Shown here one piece after another: positions 9,554 through 18,335 of a stretch of DNA of 39,901 nucleotides; position 1 is the stretch's first letter, and the number at the start of each line of letters is the position of its first letter. The stretch comes from Planctomycetota bacterium. GTDB taxonomy: Bacteria; Planctomycetota; B15-G4; JADJEK01. A program made the translations under genes and the position numbers. The notes beneath the pieces were generated by a model. That model ran no database searches and had not been told where the DNA came from. It saw nothing but the letters and a program-made list of their open reading frames with translations. The DNA is taken from contig JBGAIQ010000051.1 in NCBI GenBank assembly GCA_044225365.1, forward strand, positions 1 to 39,901, written 5' to 3'.

Positions 9554-10510
9554 TCAGAACTTCGGGATCTTGCCGGTGAGCAGCGTTTGGCCGCTCGCAG
9601 CGTCGCGCACGTCGATCGCCTGACCACAGAGCGGATCGTTGCACGACTTGCCGAGCGGGAGCGCTTGCCCCTTCTTGGTATCGAACACGATCTTGCCCTT
9701 GCCCTTGGCATCGAGGGCGATCGTGCCGACGGTCTTCATGACGTGAGTCTTCGGATCTTCGACGCGCACGACGGCGTGATCGTGGCCCTTCACACCGCTC
9801 AGTCGCACTTCGAACGTACTGCGCGGTTTCTTCGGCGCGGTCATGATGCGGACCTGGCCGGTTCCGTTGACGTGATGATGGAGCGTGCGGTTCGCATGCC
9901 GAGTCTTCGTCGGCGCGAGCAGACTCGGAACCACGCCCGTCAGATACACGACATTCGCCTCGTCACGGATCTCGGCGTTGCGATTCGCGAGTTCCTCGAC
10001 CGTGGCCACTCCGAACGGAAGATCGTTGCCTCCACACTCCGAACCGAACTTCAACTTGGCTTCGACTCCCGTGCTGCCGGAAGAGTTGTCGTCGTCGTCG
10101 TCGTCGCCATCGTCGTTCCCCGGACCATCGTCGTCGTCGTCGCCGTCATCGTTCTTGAAGTCGTCGTCGCCGTCGTCGTCGTCGTGACTCCACATGGTGC
10201 CGACATTGACGAGCACGCCGGAACCGACCGCGTCCTCGAGGAACACGAAGTAGGTGTGACCGAGGAGCAGCCCCTTGGCTTCGAACTCGAGCTTCTGCTC
10301 GGTCCCGCCGTCCTCGCTCTCGACTTCGATCGTCCCAGTGGCCAGCGGCGCTGGACCATTGAGGGGCTGAACGAGCGCAGCGACGGCTTCGTCGCCGTCG
10401 CCTCCCGAGTCGTCCGATCCATCATGAGCGTACGCGCGAATTCCCGAGGGAACGAGCGCTGCGCAGCCGATCAGGGCCAAGGCACGGGCGATGGGATTGA
10501 ACCTCGACAT
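9554..10510 (-). CDS. Exported two-domain protein with poly-Asp insertion
   Basis: Start moved to ATG 10510 (GAGGAG upstream); signal peptide MSRFNPIARALALIGCAALV..AYA; Asp-rich tract; two similar beta-rich domains. Confidence 0.75.
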   Translation of the reverse strand: MSRFNPIARALALIGCAALVPSGIRAYAHDGSDDSGGDGDEAVAALVQPLNGPAPLATGTIEVESEDGGTEQKLEFEAKGLLLGHTYFVFLEDAVGSGVLVNVGTMWSHDDDDGDDDFKNDDGDDDDDGPGNDDGDDDDDDNSSGSTGVEAKLKFGSECGGNDLPFGVATVEELANRNAEIRDEANVVYLTGVVPSLLAPTKTRHANRTLHHHVNGTGQVRIMTAPKKPRSTFEVRLSGVKGHDHAVVRVEDPKTHVMKTVGTIALDAKGKGKIVFDTKKGQALPLGKSCNDPLCGQAIDVRDAASGQTLLTGKIPKF

Positions 10511-10721
10511 GTCGATCTCCTCTGTTGGAGTGTCGTAGTAAATTCCGAATAAAGCACTTACGAGTCGTGCGTCTGTTCCATCGTCCGCCGGACGGCGCCT
10601 CTCGCGCCACGCGCACTTCTTGGTAGACGAATCCTCCCCACCCGATGTTCGGTCGACTTCGAGGTCCCCGGCAGCGGTGGGCTTTGCGATTTCACTGAAG
10701 TTCGTGGGGTAGTCTTCCGAC

Positions 10722-10949
10722 ATGCAGATCATGGACATTCCCTCGATCCGAGTCGGCGACTACGGGTATCAGCTCACTCGCACGGCGCAGCAGGACGCCG
10801 AGGACGCCGCGAGGCGCGCGGTCGCGGATCCCTCCGCGGCCGAGCCGATCGTCGACCTCGCACGCGCTGTCGACGAAGGCAAGGTCGGCGCCAAGCTCCT
10901 CGCGGCCCAAGAGAAGATGACGGGCACCCTGCTCGACGTCCTCGCCTGA
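10722..10949 (+). CDS. Small protein resembling a flagellar rod/hook C-terminal helix domain
   Basis: C-terminus IVDLARA...GAKLLAAQEKMTGTLLDVLA matches the rod/hook D0 pattern. Alternative start at 10731. Confidence 0.6.
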   Translation: MQIMDIPSIRVGDYGYQLTRTAQQDAEDAARRAVADPSAAEPIVDLARAVDEGKVGAKLLAAQEKMTGTLLDVLA

Positions 10950-11080
10950 AACGCTGCGCGAGCGGGCCAAGGCCTCGCTGACCGCACGGTTCTCTCCGAT
11001 TCCAGGACTCGGAGATTGACTTCGGCCCGCATGCGGGTGGTAATTCCGGCACAGTCTTCCCCCGACCGACTGGAGCCACC

Positions 11081-14000
11081 TTGCTGCTGCGCCCTGCCCA
11101 CCTCGCGTGGCCGCTCGCATTCCTCGCTGCGACGGCTTCTTCCCAGACTCCGCAGTCTTCTCATCCCCCGGTGATCCGAACCTCCGCGACGCGCTTCGTC
11201 GCCGCGGCGGGAAAGACCGCGCCCGGCGTCCGCGTCGTGCGCGACCCAGCGACCGGAAATCCAGAGTTCGTCTACGGTGGGCGCATCGTCCTCGAGAATC
11301 CGCCCCGTTCGCCGGCGGCGTATGCGAGCGCATCCCGGGTGATCGTCGATCGCTACCCCGAGATGTTCGGCCTCCCGGCGAACGAGCTCGTACTCGACGA
11401 GGTGAAGTTCCTCGAACTGTCGCGCATCGGATCGTCCGACAAGGTCGTCGCGCTGTTCCATCAGGTCGTGGACGGAATCCCCGTTCTCGAATCCACCTTG
11501 TCCTTCCTGTTCGAGGCACGGACGGGCGACCTGCTCGCGCTCGACACGCAGGGGGTGCCTGGCGCGAACGCCGTCGCGCGAGATGCGCAATCGAGCGGGT
11601 CAGATGCGATCGCCGCGGCTTCCGCTGCATTCGCGAAGACGTTCGGCGCTGCGCCGACCGAAGTGATCGGAATCGACGCGGTGATCGTCGGGCCGTCGGC
11701 GCGCTTCGACGCCTCGTCCGGACTCCCGCTCCGCGGCCCCGCCCTCGCTTATCGCATCGTGCTCGCGAATCCACAGGTGATGCACGACAACGCTCCGGCC
11801 GAAGCCGAGGTGGTCGTATCCGCGGAGGGTGATCTCACGGTATTTCGCATCGAGCAGGTTTCGCACGCCGCGATCGGCGGAAGTGTGAGCGGAAAGGTCA
11901 ACATCGGACCGGAGCCGAACCAGGCGGCGAACATGGAGACGCCGTTCCTCGAGTACGTGAACATCAAGGATGCCGGCACCAACGCCGTCGTCGCGACGAG
12001 CGATGCCAACGGCAGCTACTCGATCGCGTCCGATGCCCCGTTCGCCGGTTATGCCGAACTGTCCGGGCCGTATGCGATCGTCTTCAACAAGCAGGGTGCG
12101 AACTCGCGGATCGACGTTCCGTTCGCCGGTCCCGGCACATTCCCGTTGGTGTTCAATCCGACGCTCGCCGAGTTCCCGACCGCCGAGGTCGCCGCCTTCT
12201 TCTGGGCGAACAAGTTTCGCGACTGGATCAAGTCCGTCGATCCGAACGAAGTGAAGATGGACTTCCCGGTGAAGGCGAACGTGAATCTCGCGAGCACCTG
12301 CAACGCCTACTTCTCCGGCAACTCCGTGAACTTCTTCGCTTCGGGCGGCGGCTGCACGAATACGTCGTATCGCGCGGTCTGTCACCATGAGGAGGGTCAC
12401 TTCGCGAACGAGCGCTTCAACGGCGCGGTCTCCGGAGCGTTCCACGAGGGCGTCGCGGATGCGTGGGCCTACTTCATCTCCGACGATCCCTGCCTGCAGG
12501 CGTTCTCGTTCTCCGGCGGCTGCCTTCGCCACGGCGAGCAGACGTCGGTTCTGAAGTGTCCGAAGGACGGCGACGAGAGCTGTCACGGCGGCGAACCGCA
12601 CAACGAAGGCCAGGCGATCGCGAGCGCTCTATGGGCCGTGCGGAAGAGTCTGAAGACGACGTACGGTGCGACGCCGGGATCGACGATCGCGAACGATCTC
12701 TTCCTGTCGTGGTTCCAGACCTACGACGATCGCAAGATCCTGAACGTCATCAACGATCACTGGATCGCGCTCGACGACGACAACGGATCCCTGCTCGATC
12801 TCACGCCGCACTTCGCGGCGATCAACGCAGGCTTCCACTCCTACAACTGGCCGACCTTCGTCGTGCCCGACCTCACGATCGACCTCGTCACGGGACCCGA
12901 TGCGAACGGCTCGGTCGCCCCGAATCAGCCGGTCGCGATCACGGCGGACTTCGGTTCCTATCTCGGAACCGTCGTGACGCGGGAGCTGCGCTACTCGCTC
13001 GACAATGGCGCGAACTACACGACCCTCGCGATGGCGCCGACCGCGACCGCGAACCGCTACACCGCGACGATTCCGGCGCAGCCGCTCGGGAAGCGCGTGC
13101 GGTGGTATCTCCGTTCGGTCGGCACCTACAACGGCAATTCGCTCACGTTCCCGAAGAACGCGCCGGGTGACGCCAACGTCTATGCGTCGGGGTATTTCTA
13201 CGAGCTCTCGACCTACGACTTCGAGGGCATCTCCGATGGCTTCACGCACGTGAGTCTCACGGGCGCCGCCGGCACCGACGAATGGGTGCGCGCGAATCCC
13301 GTGTCGCCGGGATCGGCGGAAGCGACGGATCCGAAGTTCGCCTACTCGGGCAACTTCATCTACGGCACCGATCTGTCGACGACTCTGGGAGCGGACGGAA
13401 AATATGAACCGAGTTCGTCGAGTGAACTCGTATCGCCCGTGCTCGACTTCACCGGATCGTCGTCGGTCATCCTGCAGTTCCGCCGGCAGCTCGCCGTCGA
13501 CAAGTTCACGAGCGATCAGGCAACGGTTCGGGTGAACGGCACGATCGTCTGGCAGAACCCCTCGAACGCGAGCACGATCGATGCGAACTGGACTCTGCAG
13601 GAGATCGACATCAGCGCCCTCGCGGCGAACAATCCGTCGGTTCAGGTGTCGTGGCGCGTGCTCGCGAACGGTTCGACGGAGTACGGCGGATGGAACGTCG
13701 ACGACGTCGTGTTCTATCGCGTCGATGCTCCGTATGCCGGCTACTTCGAGACCTACGGCGAAGGCTGCGTCGGGACCTGGGAAGCGCCGCCCACGCTCAC
13801 GGGCAAGGGCCCGCCGAGTCCAGGCCAGACGATCACGCTCAAGATGACGAACGGCATCCCGTTCAATCAGGTCTTCCTGTTCGTCGGGACCGCGCAGGGC
13901 AACGCGCCGCTCGCGGGCGACTGCAAGTTCTATCTCGGCGGGATCCTGCTCGTGCCGGGGCTGCCGATCATCGTCGGATTGGATGGCAAGCAAACTCTCC

Positions 14001-14122
14001 CGGTGACGATTCCCAACACGGCCGGGACAGGGGACGCGTACCTCCAGTTCATCGCGACGGATCCGGGCAGTTCGAACAAGCATTACACCGCAAGCAACGG
14101 TCTGCACATCCACATCCAGTGA
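11081..14122 (+). CDS. Secreted M4/M36-like zinc metallopeptidase with propeptide and C-terminal beta domains
   Basis: GGAG then TTG start; signal peptide; FTP-like propeptide (FHQVVDGIPV); CNAYF, HHEEGH, FHEGVAD, EPHNEGQ..ASALW; jelly-roll with GWNVDDV. Confidence 0.8.
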   Translation: MLLRPAHLAWPLAFLAATASSQTPQSSHPPVIRTSATRFVAAAGKTAPGVRVVRDPATGNPEFVYGGRIVLENPPRSPAAYASASRVIVDRYPEMFGLPANELVLDEVKFLELSRIGSSDKVVALFHQVVDGIPVLESTLSFLFEARTGDLLALDTQGVPGANAVARDAQSSGSDAIAAASAAFAKTFGAAPTEVIGIDAVIVGPSARFDASSGLPLRGPALAYRIVLANPQVMHDNAPAEAEVVVSAEGDLTVFRIEQVSHAAIGGSVSGKVNIGPEPNQAANMETPFLEYVNIKDAGTNAVVATSDANGSYSIASDAPFAGYAELSGPYAIVFNKQGANSRIDVPFAGPGTFPLVFNPTLAEFPTAEVAAFFWANKFRDWIKSVDPNEVKMDFPVKANVNLASTCNAYFSGNSVNFFASGGGCTNTSYRAVCHHEEGHFANERFNGAVSGAFHEGVADAWAYFISDDPCLQAFSFSGGCLRHGEQTSVLKCPKDGDESCHGGEPHNEGQAIASALWAVRKSLKTTYGATPGSTIANDLFLSWFQTYDDRKILNVINDHWIALDDDNGSLLDLTPHFAAINAGFHSYNWPTFVVPDLTIDLVTGPDANGSVAPNQPVAITADFGSYLGTVVTRELRYSLDNGANYTTLAMAPTATANRYTATIPAQPLGKRVRWYLRSVGTYNGNSLTFPKNAPGDANVYASGYFYELSTYDFEGISDGFTHVSLTGAAGTDEWVRANPVSPGSAEATDPKFAYSGNFIYGTDLSTTLGADGKYEPSSSSELVSPVLDFTGSSSVILQFRRQLAVDKFTSDQATVRVNGTIVWQNPSNASTIDANWTLQEIDISALAANNPSVQVSWRVLANGSTEYGGWNVDDVVFYRVDAPYAGYFETYGEGCVGTWEAPPTLTGKGPPSPGQTITLKMTNGIPFNQVFLFVGTAQGNAPLAGDCKFYLGGILLVPGLPIIVGLDGKQTLPVTIPNTAGTGDAYLQFIATDPGSSNKHYTASNGLHIHIQ

Positions 14123-14192
14123 CGCGCGCGCTCGGAGTGGAGTCGACGGATCGCGGCTCTTCGCGATTCGGGTGAGAAATCGTGGGACGGCA

Positions 14193-14225
14193 GGCTCCTT
14201 GCTCGGATTGAACGAGCAAGGAGTC
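14193..14225 (+). promoter_or_regulatory. Hairpin sequestering the Shine-Dalgarno of the downstream membrane-protein gene
   Basis: CTCCTTGCTCG (14195-14205) pairs perfectly with CGAGCAAGGAG (14213-14223); AAGGAG lies 10 nt before ATG 14234. Confidence 0.6.
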
Positions 14226-14233
14226 CATCCACC

Positions 14234-14647
14234 ATGAACATCGACACTGCGGCCAGCGTCAAGTCCGCGAACAACGACCTCAACGCCCTCAAGAGCAATC
14301 CCGTCGGCAAGATCAAGGAGATGATCGCGACGAAGGACCGGCCGTTGCCGGTCACCGTCATCGCGTGGCTCGGTGTCGTCGGTATCGTCATGGGAGTGCT
14401 CGGCATCGTTGCGCTCCTCGCGATCCATCCCATCAGCGCGATCTTTTCGGCAATCCTCGTTCTGGCGAACGCCGTCGCGACGATCGGGTTGTTCGGAATG
14501 CGCAAGTGGGCCGTTCAACTGATCGTGATCGCCACGATCCTCAACGTCGTGATCATGCTGCTCAGCGGCGGCCTCGCGTTCGTCGCGCTCGGCATCCAGG
14601 CCGTGATCATCGCGATCTGCGTGAAGTACTACCCCAAGATGACCTGA
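14234..14647 (+). CDS. Small integral membrane protein (about 4 TM helices)
   Basis: AAGGAG SD; hydrophobic helices; RPLPVTVIAWL and GLFGMRKWA motifs of the kind seen in DUF2127-like proteins. Confidence 0.8.
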   Translation: MNIDTAASVKSANNDLNALKSNPVGKIKEMIATKDRPLPVTVIAWLGVVGIVMGVLGIVALLAIHPISAIFSAILVLANAVATIGLFGMRKWAVQLIVIATILNVVIMLLSGGLAFVALGIQAVIIAICVKYYPKMT

Positions 14648-14718
14648 GCGGTCCCCGGCAGGATCGCAAAGTCTCGCGTCCCGTGTCGAGCTCCGCTCGA
14701 TCCGGGACGCTTTTCGTT

Positions 14719-15004
14719 GGCGGACACGGACCGCGTCCGCCGCCGCCGCTTTCGGCGGTTACGGATCGCAGCCGCCGCCGCCACTCTCGGCGGTTACGGA
14801 TCGCAGCCGCCGCCGGCACTCTCGGCGGTTACGGATCGCAGCCGCCGCCACCACTCTCGGCGGTTACGGATCGCAGCCGCCGCCGCCACTCTCGGCGGTT
14901 ACGGATCGCAGCCGCCGCCGCCACTCTCGGCGGTTACGGATCGCAGCCGCCGCCGCCGCCAACTTTGGCGGTTTCGGACCGCGTCCGTCGCCGCCAGATT
15001 CGGC
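14719..15004. repeat. Tandem array of eight ~35-bp self-complementary units (GGCGGTTACGGATCGCAGCCGCCGCCGCCACTCTC)
   Basis: Units start at 14719, 14754, 14789, 14824, 14859, 14894, 14929 and 14967. The six inner units are near-identical and the two outer units are degenerate. No spacers; lies between convergent genes. Confidence 0.95.
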
Positions 15005-15011
15005 CAAGGGG

Positions 15012-16103
15012 TCAATTCGGGAGGATGCCGCGACGGCTCACGAAGTAGACGGCGAACGAGCCCAGCCAATGGCCGCCCTCGTAGTGAGCGCCGGTGACGG
15101 CGGCGAGGCCGGCGTCGCCCTGCGCTTTCTTCGCGGCGAGCAGTGCTGGAATGCGCGGGTCCGTCGCGGGCAGAGCGGATGCGATCCCGTCGAGCATCGC
15201 TGCGCGTGACAAATTGAGCCCGTCGAGATGCGCAAGTTTGCCATCACTCTTGTCGGTAACCACCGCGACGGCGAGCCAATCCGCCCGCGACTCATGCGGA
15301 ATGTTCGGCATGAACGACTCGAGCCACTTCGCGTACTCCGCGGGAGCGAGCACCCGACGCATCAGATCCGCCTCGGCGAAGCAGGGCGACAGGAAATCCT
15401 GGCCCGACGGCTCGTAGGCGAGCGGGCAACCGACGTCCTTCAAATAGTAATCGCGAGCGCGCGCCGTGAGCATCGCCGCGAACTCGGCGTTGTCCGTCCC
15501 ATGCGCATAATCGAGCAGTAGCCCCATCGCGAACGCGGTTTGGAAGTGCTCCCCGGTGCGAATCGGGAAACTGAGCTTCGGGAACCAATCGCGGAGTCGC
15601 TTCACGGCGATCGACTCGAGGGGCGCGAGATTCGCCCGCAACTCGCGGGCGAGCGGGTCGTCCCACTCCTTCAATTCGAGACAGAGCGTGAGGAGCCACG
15701 CGAGTCCGTAGGGCCGTTCGAATCCCTCGCGCCCCTTTGCCGCCAGATATTCGCTCTCGACCCGTGCGCGCTCCGCGCTGAGATCCTCCGAGAGTGCCTT
15801 TCTCGCGTCCGCGGCGAACGGCGCGTCCGGAAACGTGCGCAGCAGCCGTACGAGCAACCAGTGGCCGTGCACCGCCGAATGCCAATCGAAGCAACCATAG
15901 AAACACGGCGTCAGCTCGCGCGGCGGCTTCACGTCGGCGTTGGACTCGAGCGAGTGCGCGAGTTTGTTCGGATATTCCTTCTGAACGCATTCGAGCGCGA
16001 GCCGTGCGAATCGCGTCGCCGCGGCGACGTCGAACTCGACGCCACTCGTCGCGCGTGGTGTCGCGAGCAACGCGAGCGCGAGCACGACGTTCGCGCCGAT
16101 CAT
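15012..16103 (-). CDS. DUF2891 domain-containing exported protein
   Basis: KEYPNK, FYGCFDWHSAVHGHW, FERPYGLAW, YEPSGQDFLSP, HLDGLNLSR, YEGGHWLGSFA. Start at ATG 16103 (ATGA overlap with alkA); signal peptide. Confidence 0.9.
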   Translation of the reverse strand: MIGANVVLALALLATPRATSGVEFDVAAATRFARLALECVQKEYPNKLAHSLESNADVKPPRELTPCFYGCFDWHSAVHGHWLLVRLLRTFPDAPFAADARKALSEDLSAERARVESEYLAAKGREGFERPYGLAWLLTLCLELKEWDDPLARELRANLAPLESIAVKRLRDWFPKLSFPIRTGEHFQTAFAMGLLLDYAHGTDNAEFAAMLTARARDYYLKDVGCPLAYEPSGQDFLSPCFAEADLMRRVLAPAEYAKWLESFMPNIPHESRADWLAVAVVTDKSDGKLAHLDGLNLSRAAMLDGIASALPATDPRIPALLAAKKAQGDAGLAAVTGAHYEGGHWLGSFAVYFVSRRGILPN

Positions 16104-16753
16104 TCCGCCTCTCCGACCGTGTCGAGCACCCTCCAGCAGTACCACGCCGCGAGCGATCGATACGGCCGAAAGCGCTCGCCGAGCGGCTCGAGCTGCTTCG
16201 GCGTCAGCATCGGCTCGTGGCCGTAGATCCGCGAGTAACCCTTCCGCACGCCGTAATCGAGCACCGGCCACACGTCGATCCGATCGAGTTGGAACATCAG
16301 GAACATCTGCGCGGTCCAGACGCCGATCCCTCGCACCTCGACGAGCTGCTCGATGATCTTCTCGTCGGGGAGACTCGGAAAATGCGCGAGGTCGATCGAT
16401 CCGTCCTTCACCTTGCGAGCGAGGTCCTTGATCGACGCGATCTTGCTCCCCGACAGCCCGCAAGCGCGCAATGTCGGATCCCGCTTGCGCAGCACCGCCT
16501 CGGGCGTCGGCATCCCGTCGAATCGCTCGAGGAATCGCCCCCAGATCGCGGCCGCGGCCTTGCCCGCGAGCTGCTGGAACGTGATGGACCGCGCGAGAGC
16601 CGCGAAGAAATCGATCTTCGCGCCCCACGCGAACTTCACCGGGCCGTGCACTTCGAGCAGTCGCGCCATGTGCGGGTCGAGCTTGGCGAGGGCGCGGGAA
16701 TGCCGTGGCGGGATCGACGACTTCTTCGCGGGAACGTCTCCGTCCTGTCCCAT
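16100..16753 (-). CDS. alkA: DNA-3-methyladenine glycosylase II (HhH-GPD family)
   Basis: SITFQQL, LRACGLSGSK, HhH VRGIGVWTAQMFLMF, DVWPVLDYGVR, RPYRSLAAWYCW. Confidence 0.88.
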   Translation of the reverse strand: MGQDGDVPAKKSSIPPRHSRALAKLDPHMARLLEVHGPVKFAWGAKIDFFAALARSITFQQLAGKAAAAIWGRFLERFDGMPTPEAVLRKRDPTLRACGLSGSKIASIKDLARKVKDGSIDLAHFPSLPDEKIIEQLVEVRGIGVWTAQMFLMFQLDRIDVWPVLDYGVRKGYSRIYGHEPMLTPKQLEPLGERFRPYRSLAAWYCWRVLDTVGEAE

Positions 16754-16763
16754 CGAACTCGTC

Positions 16764-18335
16764 CTACGCCACGTTCGCGGTTGCCGTGTCCTGCGCTTTG
16801 CGCGACTGGAAGGTCTGCTTCCACTTCGTGCGCAGGAGCTGATCGAGCTGTGTCGATTCCTTGCCCGTGAGAAGACTGCCGATGACCCCGAGGAATCGCC
16901 ACGGGCGCGTGATGTAGGCCGTCGCGTAGAACGCGAGCAGCATTCCGAACTGCGCGATGACGACCTGCTTCGGCGTCATCTTCGCGTTGTAGACCTTCGG
17001 GGTCGCGCCCGAGCGCGCGAGGGCGAGATAGTAGTACTCCGGCGTGAACGCGACTCGCCCTTCCGCCATCAGCTCTGCGAAGTCCTGACTCCCGGGATAC
17101 GGCGCGAAGATCATCACCGCCGCGTCCTGGCATCCGGCGAGCGCGGCCTTGAACAGGAATTTCAGCGACTGGCGTGTGTCGGCCCACTCCTCCTTGGGAT
17201 GACCGATGATGATGTTGACGCGCGTCACGATGCCGGTCTTGCGCGCCGCGCGCAGGCAGTCGAGCATGCGCGGCAGCAGCACCTTCTTCTTGATGACCTG
17301 CAGCATCCGCGCCGAGCCGCTCTCGGGCGCGTAGGTGATGTTCAGGCATCCGGTCTCGAAGAGCAACTGCAGTACCTCACCGTCGAGCGCTTCGGTCCGC
17401 GTCCCGGTCGGAAGCTGCCACGTGATCGCGACGCGTTCCTGCTTCAACAACGAGCAGAACTCGACGATCCACTCCTTCTTGATGATCGCCGTGAGGTCGC
17501 AGAAGTTGAAGTTCGTCGCGCGGTACTTCGCGACGTAGTCCTTGATCTCGTTCACCACGTCCTGCGGCGTGCGCGTCACGTACTTCGTCGTCCACATCGA
17601 CGGCGACGAGCAGAACGTGCACTGGTACGGGCAGCCGCGCGTCGCGAGCATCGGCATCGATCGCCCGCGATTCACTCCGTGATTGTCCGCCTTGCCCAGG
17701 TAGTTCTCGACGGGGAACAGATCCCACGCCGGCCGCGGGATCTCGTCGAGCGTGCGCCGCCGCTCCGACAACTGCGGCGCCGCCGTTTCGCCCTGCGACC
17801 GGACGCGCGCCGCGATGCCGACGAGGCCGTCGCCCGATCGACCTTCGCCGATGCGCTCCAGCAGGTCGAGCATCGTCGCTTCGCCCTCGCCGAGCACGCA
17901 GTAGTCCACCGCGGTCGTCTGCTCGAACATCCACTCGTGGAACGCGGTCGCGTTCTCGCCGCCGACCACGACGACCGCTTGCGGGAAGCGAGCCTTCGCA
18001 CGCTCGGCGATCTCCTTCACGGTCGGCCACTCGTGCAGGAACATGTGCGTGATGCCGACGATCTGCGTGTCGGGGTCGAGACGCGCGACGATCTGCTCGG
18101 GCGAGAGACCGCTTCGCCGCAACGTCCCGATCGGCGACTCGATCTCGTCGTGCTGATCGATGCCGAGGCCCGGCCCATCGACGACCTGCAGCGGATACCC
18201 CGCCTCGCGCAATACCGACGCGACGTATGCGAGCCCGATCGGCAGGATCGCGCCGTATGCGGACAGGTTGCTCTTGAGCTGCAGGATCGGGGGTCGAACG
18301 AGAGCGACCTTCAAACCCGCGGCGACGGTCTGCAT
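16764..18335 (-). CDS. B12-binding domain radical SAM protein
   Basis: LPIGLAYVASVL, VGGENAT and GEGE (cobalamin-binding domain); TRGCPYQCTFC (CxxxCxxC); APESGS. Start at ATG 18335 with GAGGA upstream. Confidence 0.9.
   Translation of the reverse strand: MQTVAAGLKVALVRPPILQLKSNLSAYGAILPIGLAYVASVLREAGYPLQVVDGPGLGIDQHDEIESPIGTLRRSGLSPEQIVARLDPDTQIVGITHMFLHEWPTVKEIAERAKARFPQAVVVVGGENATAFHEWMFEQTTAVDYCVLGEGEATMLDLLERIGEGRSGDGLVGIAARVRSQGETAAPQLSERRRTLDEIPRPAWDLFPVENYLGKADNHGVNRGRSMPMLATRGCPYQCTFCSSPSMWTTKYVTRTPQDVVNEIKDYVAKYRATNFNFCDLTAIIKKEWIVEFCSLLKQERVAITWQLPTGTRTEALDGEVLQLLFETGCLNITYAPESGSARMLQVIKKKVLLPRMLDCLRAARKTGIVTRVNIIIGHPKEEWADTRQSLKFLFKAALAGCQDAAVMIFAPYPGSQDFAELMAEGRVAFTPEYYYLALARSGATPKVYNAKMTPKQVVIAQFGMLLAFYATAYITRPWRFLGVIGSLLTGKESTQLDQLLRTKWKQTFQSRKAQDTATANVA

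Noticed and set aside
14719-15004. CRISPR array or canonical type III toxin-antitoxin locus
   Set aside because: The units abut with no unique spacers and there are no cas genes. The array lies downstream of both neighbours, and neither resembles ToxN/AbiQ/CptN/TenpN.
14365-15097. ORFs crossing the repeat array (14365..15048, 14717..15097, 14607..14819)
   Set aside because: The 35-bp period cycles through all three frames, and the ORFs stay open only because the GC-rich unit lacks stops. They also overlap real genes.
16104-16628. N-terminal extension of the DUF2891 ORF
   Set aside because: It overlaps alkA in another frame; the signal peptide and ATGA coupling place the start at 16103.
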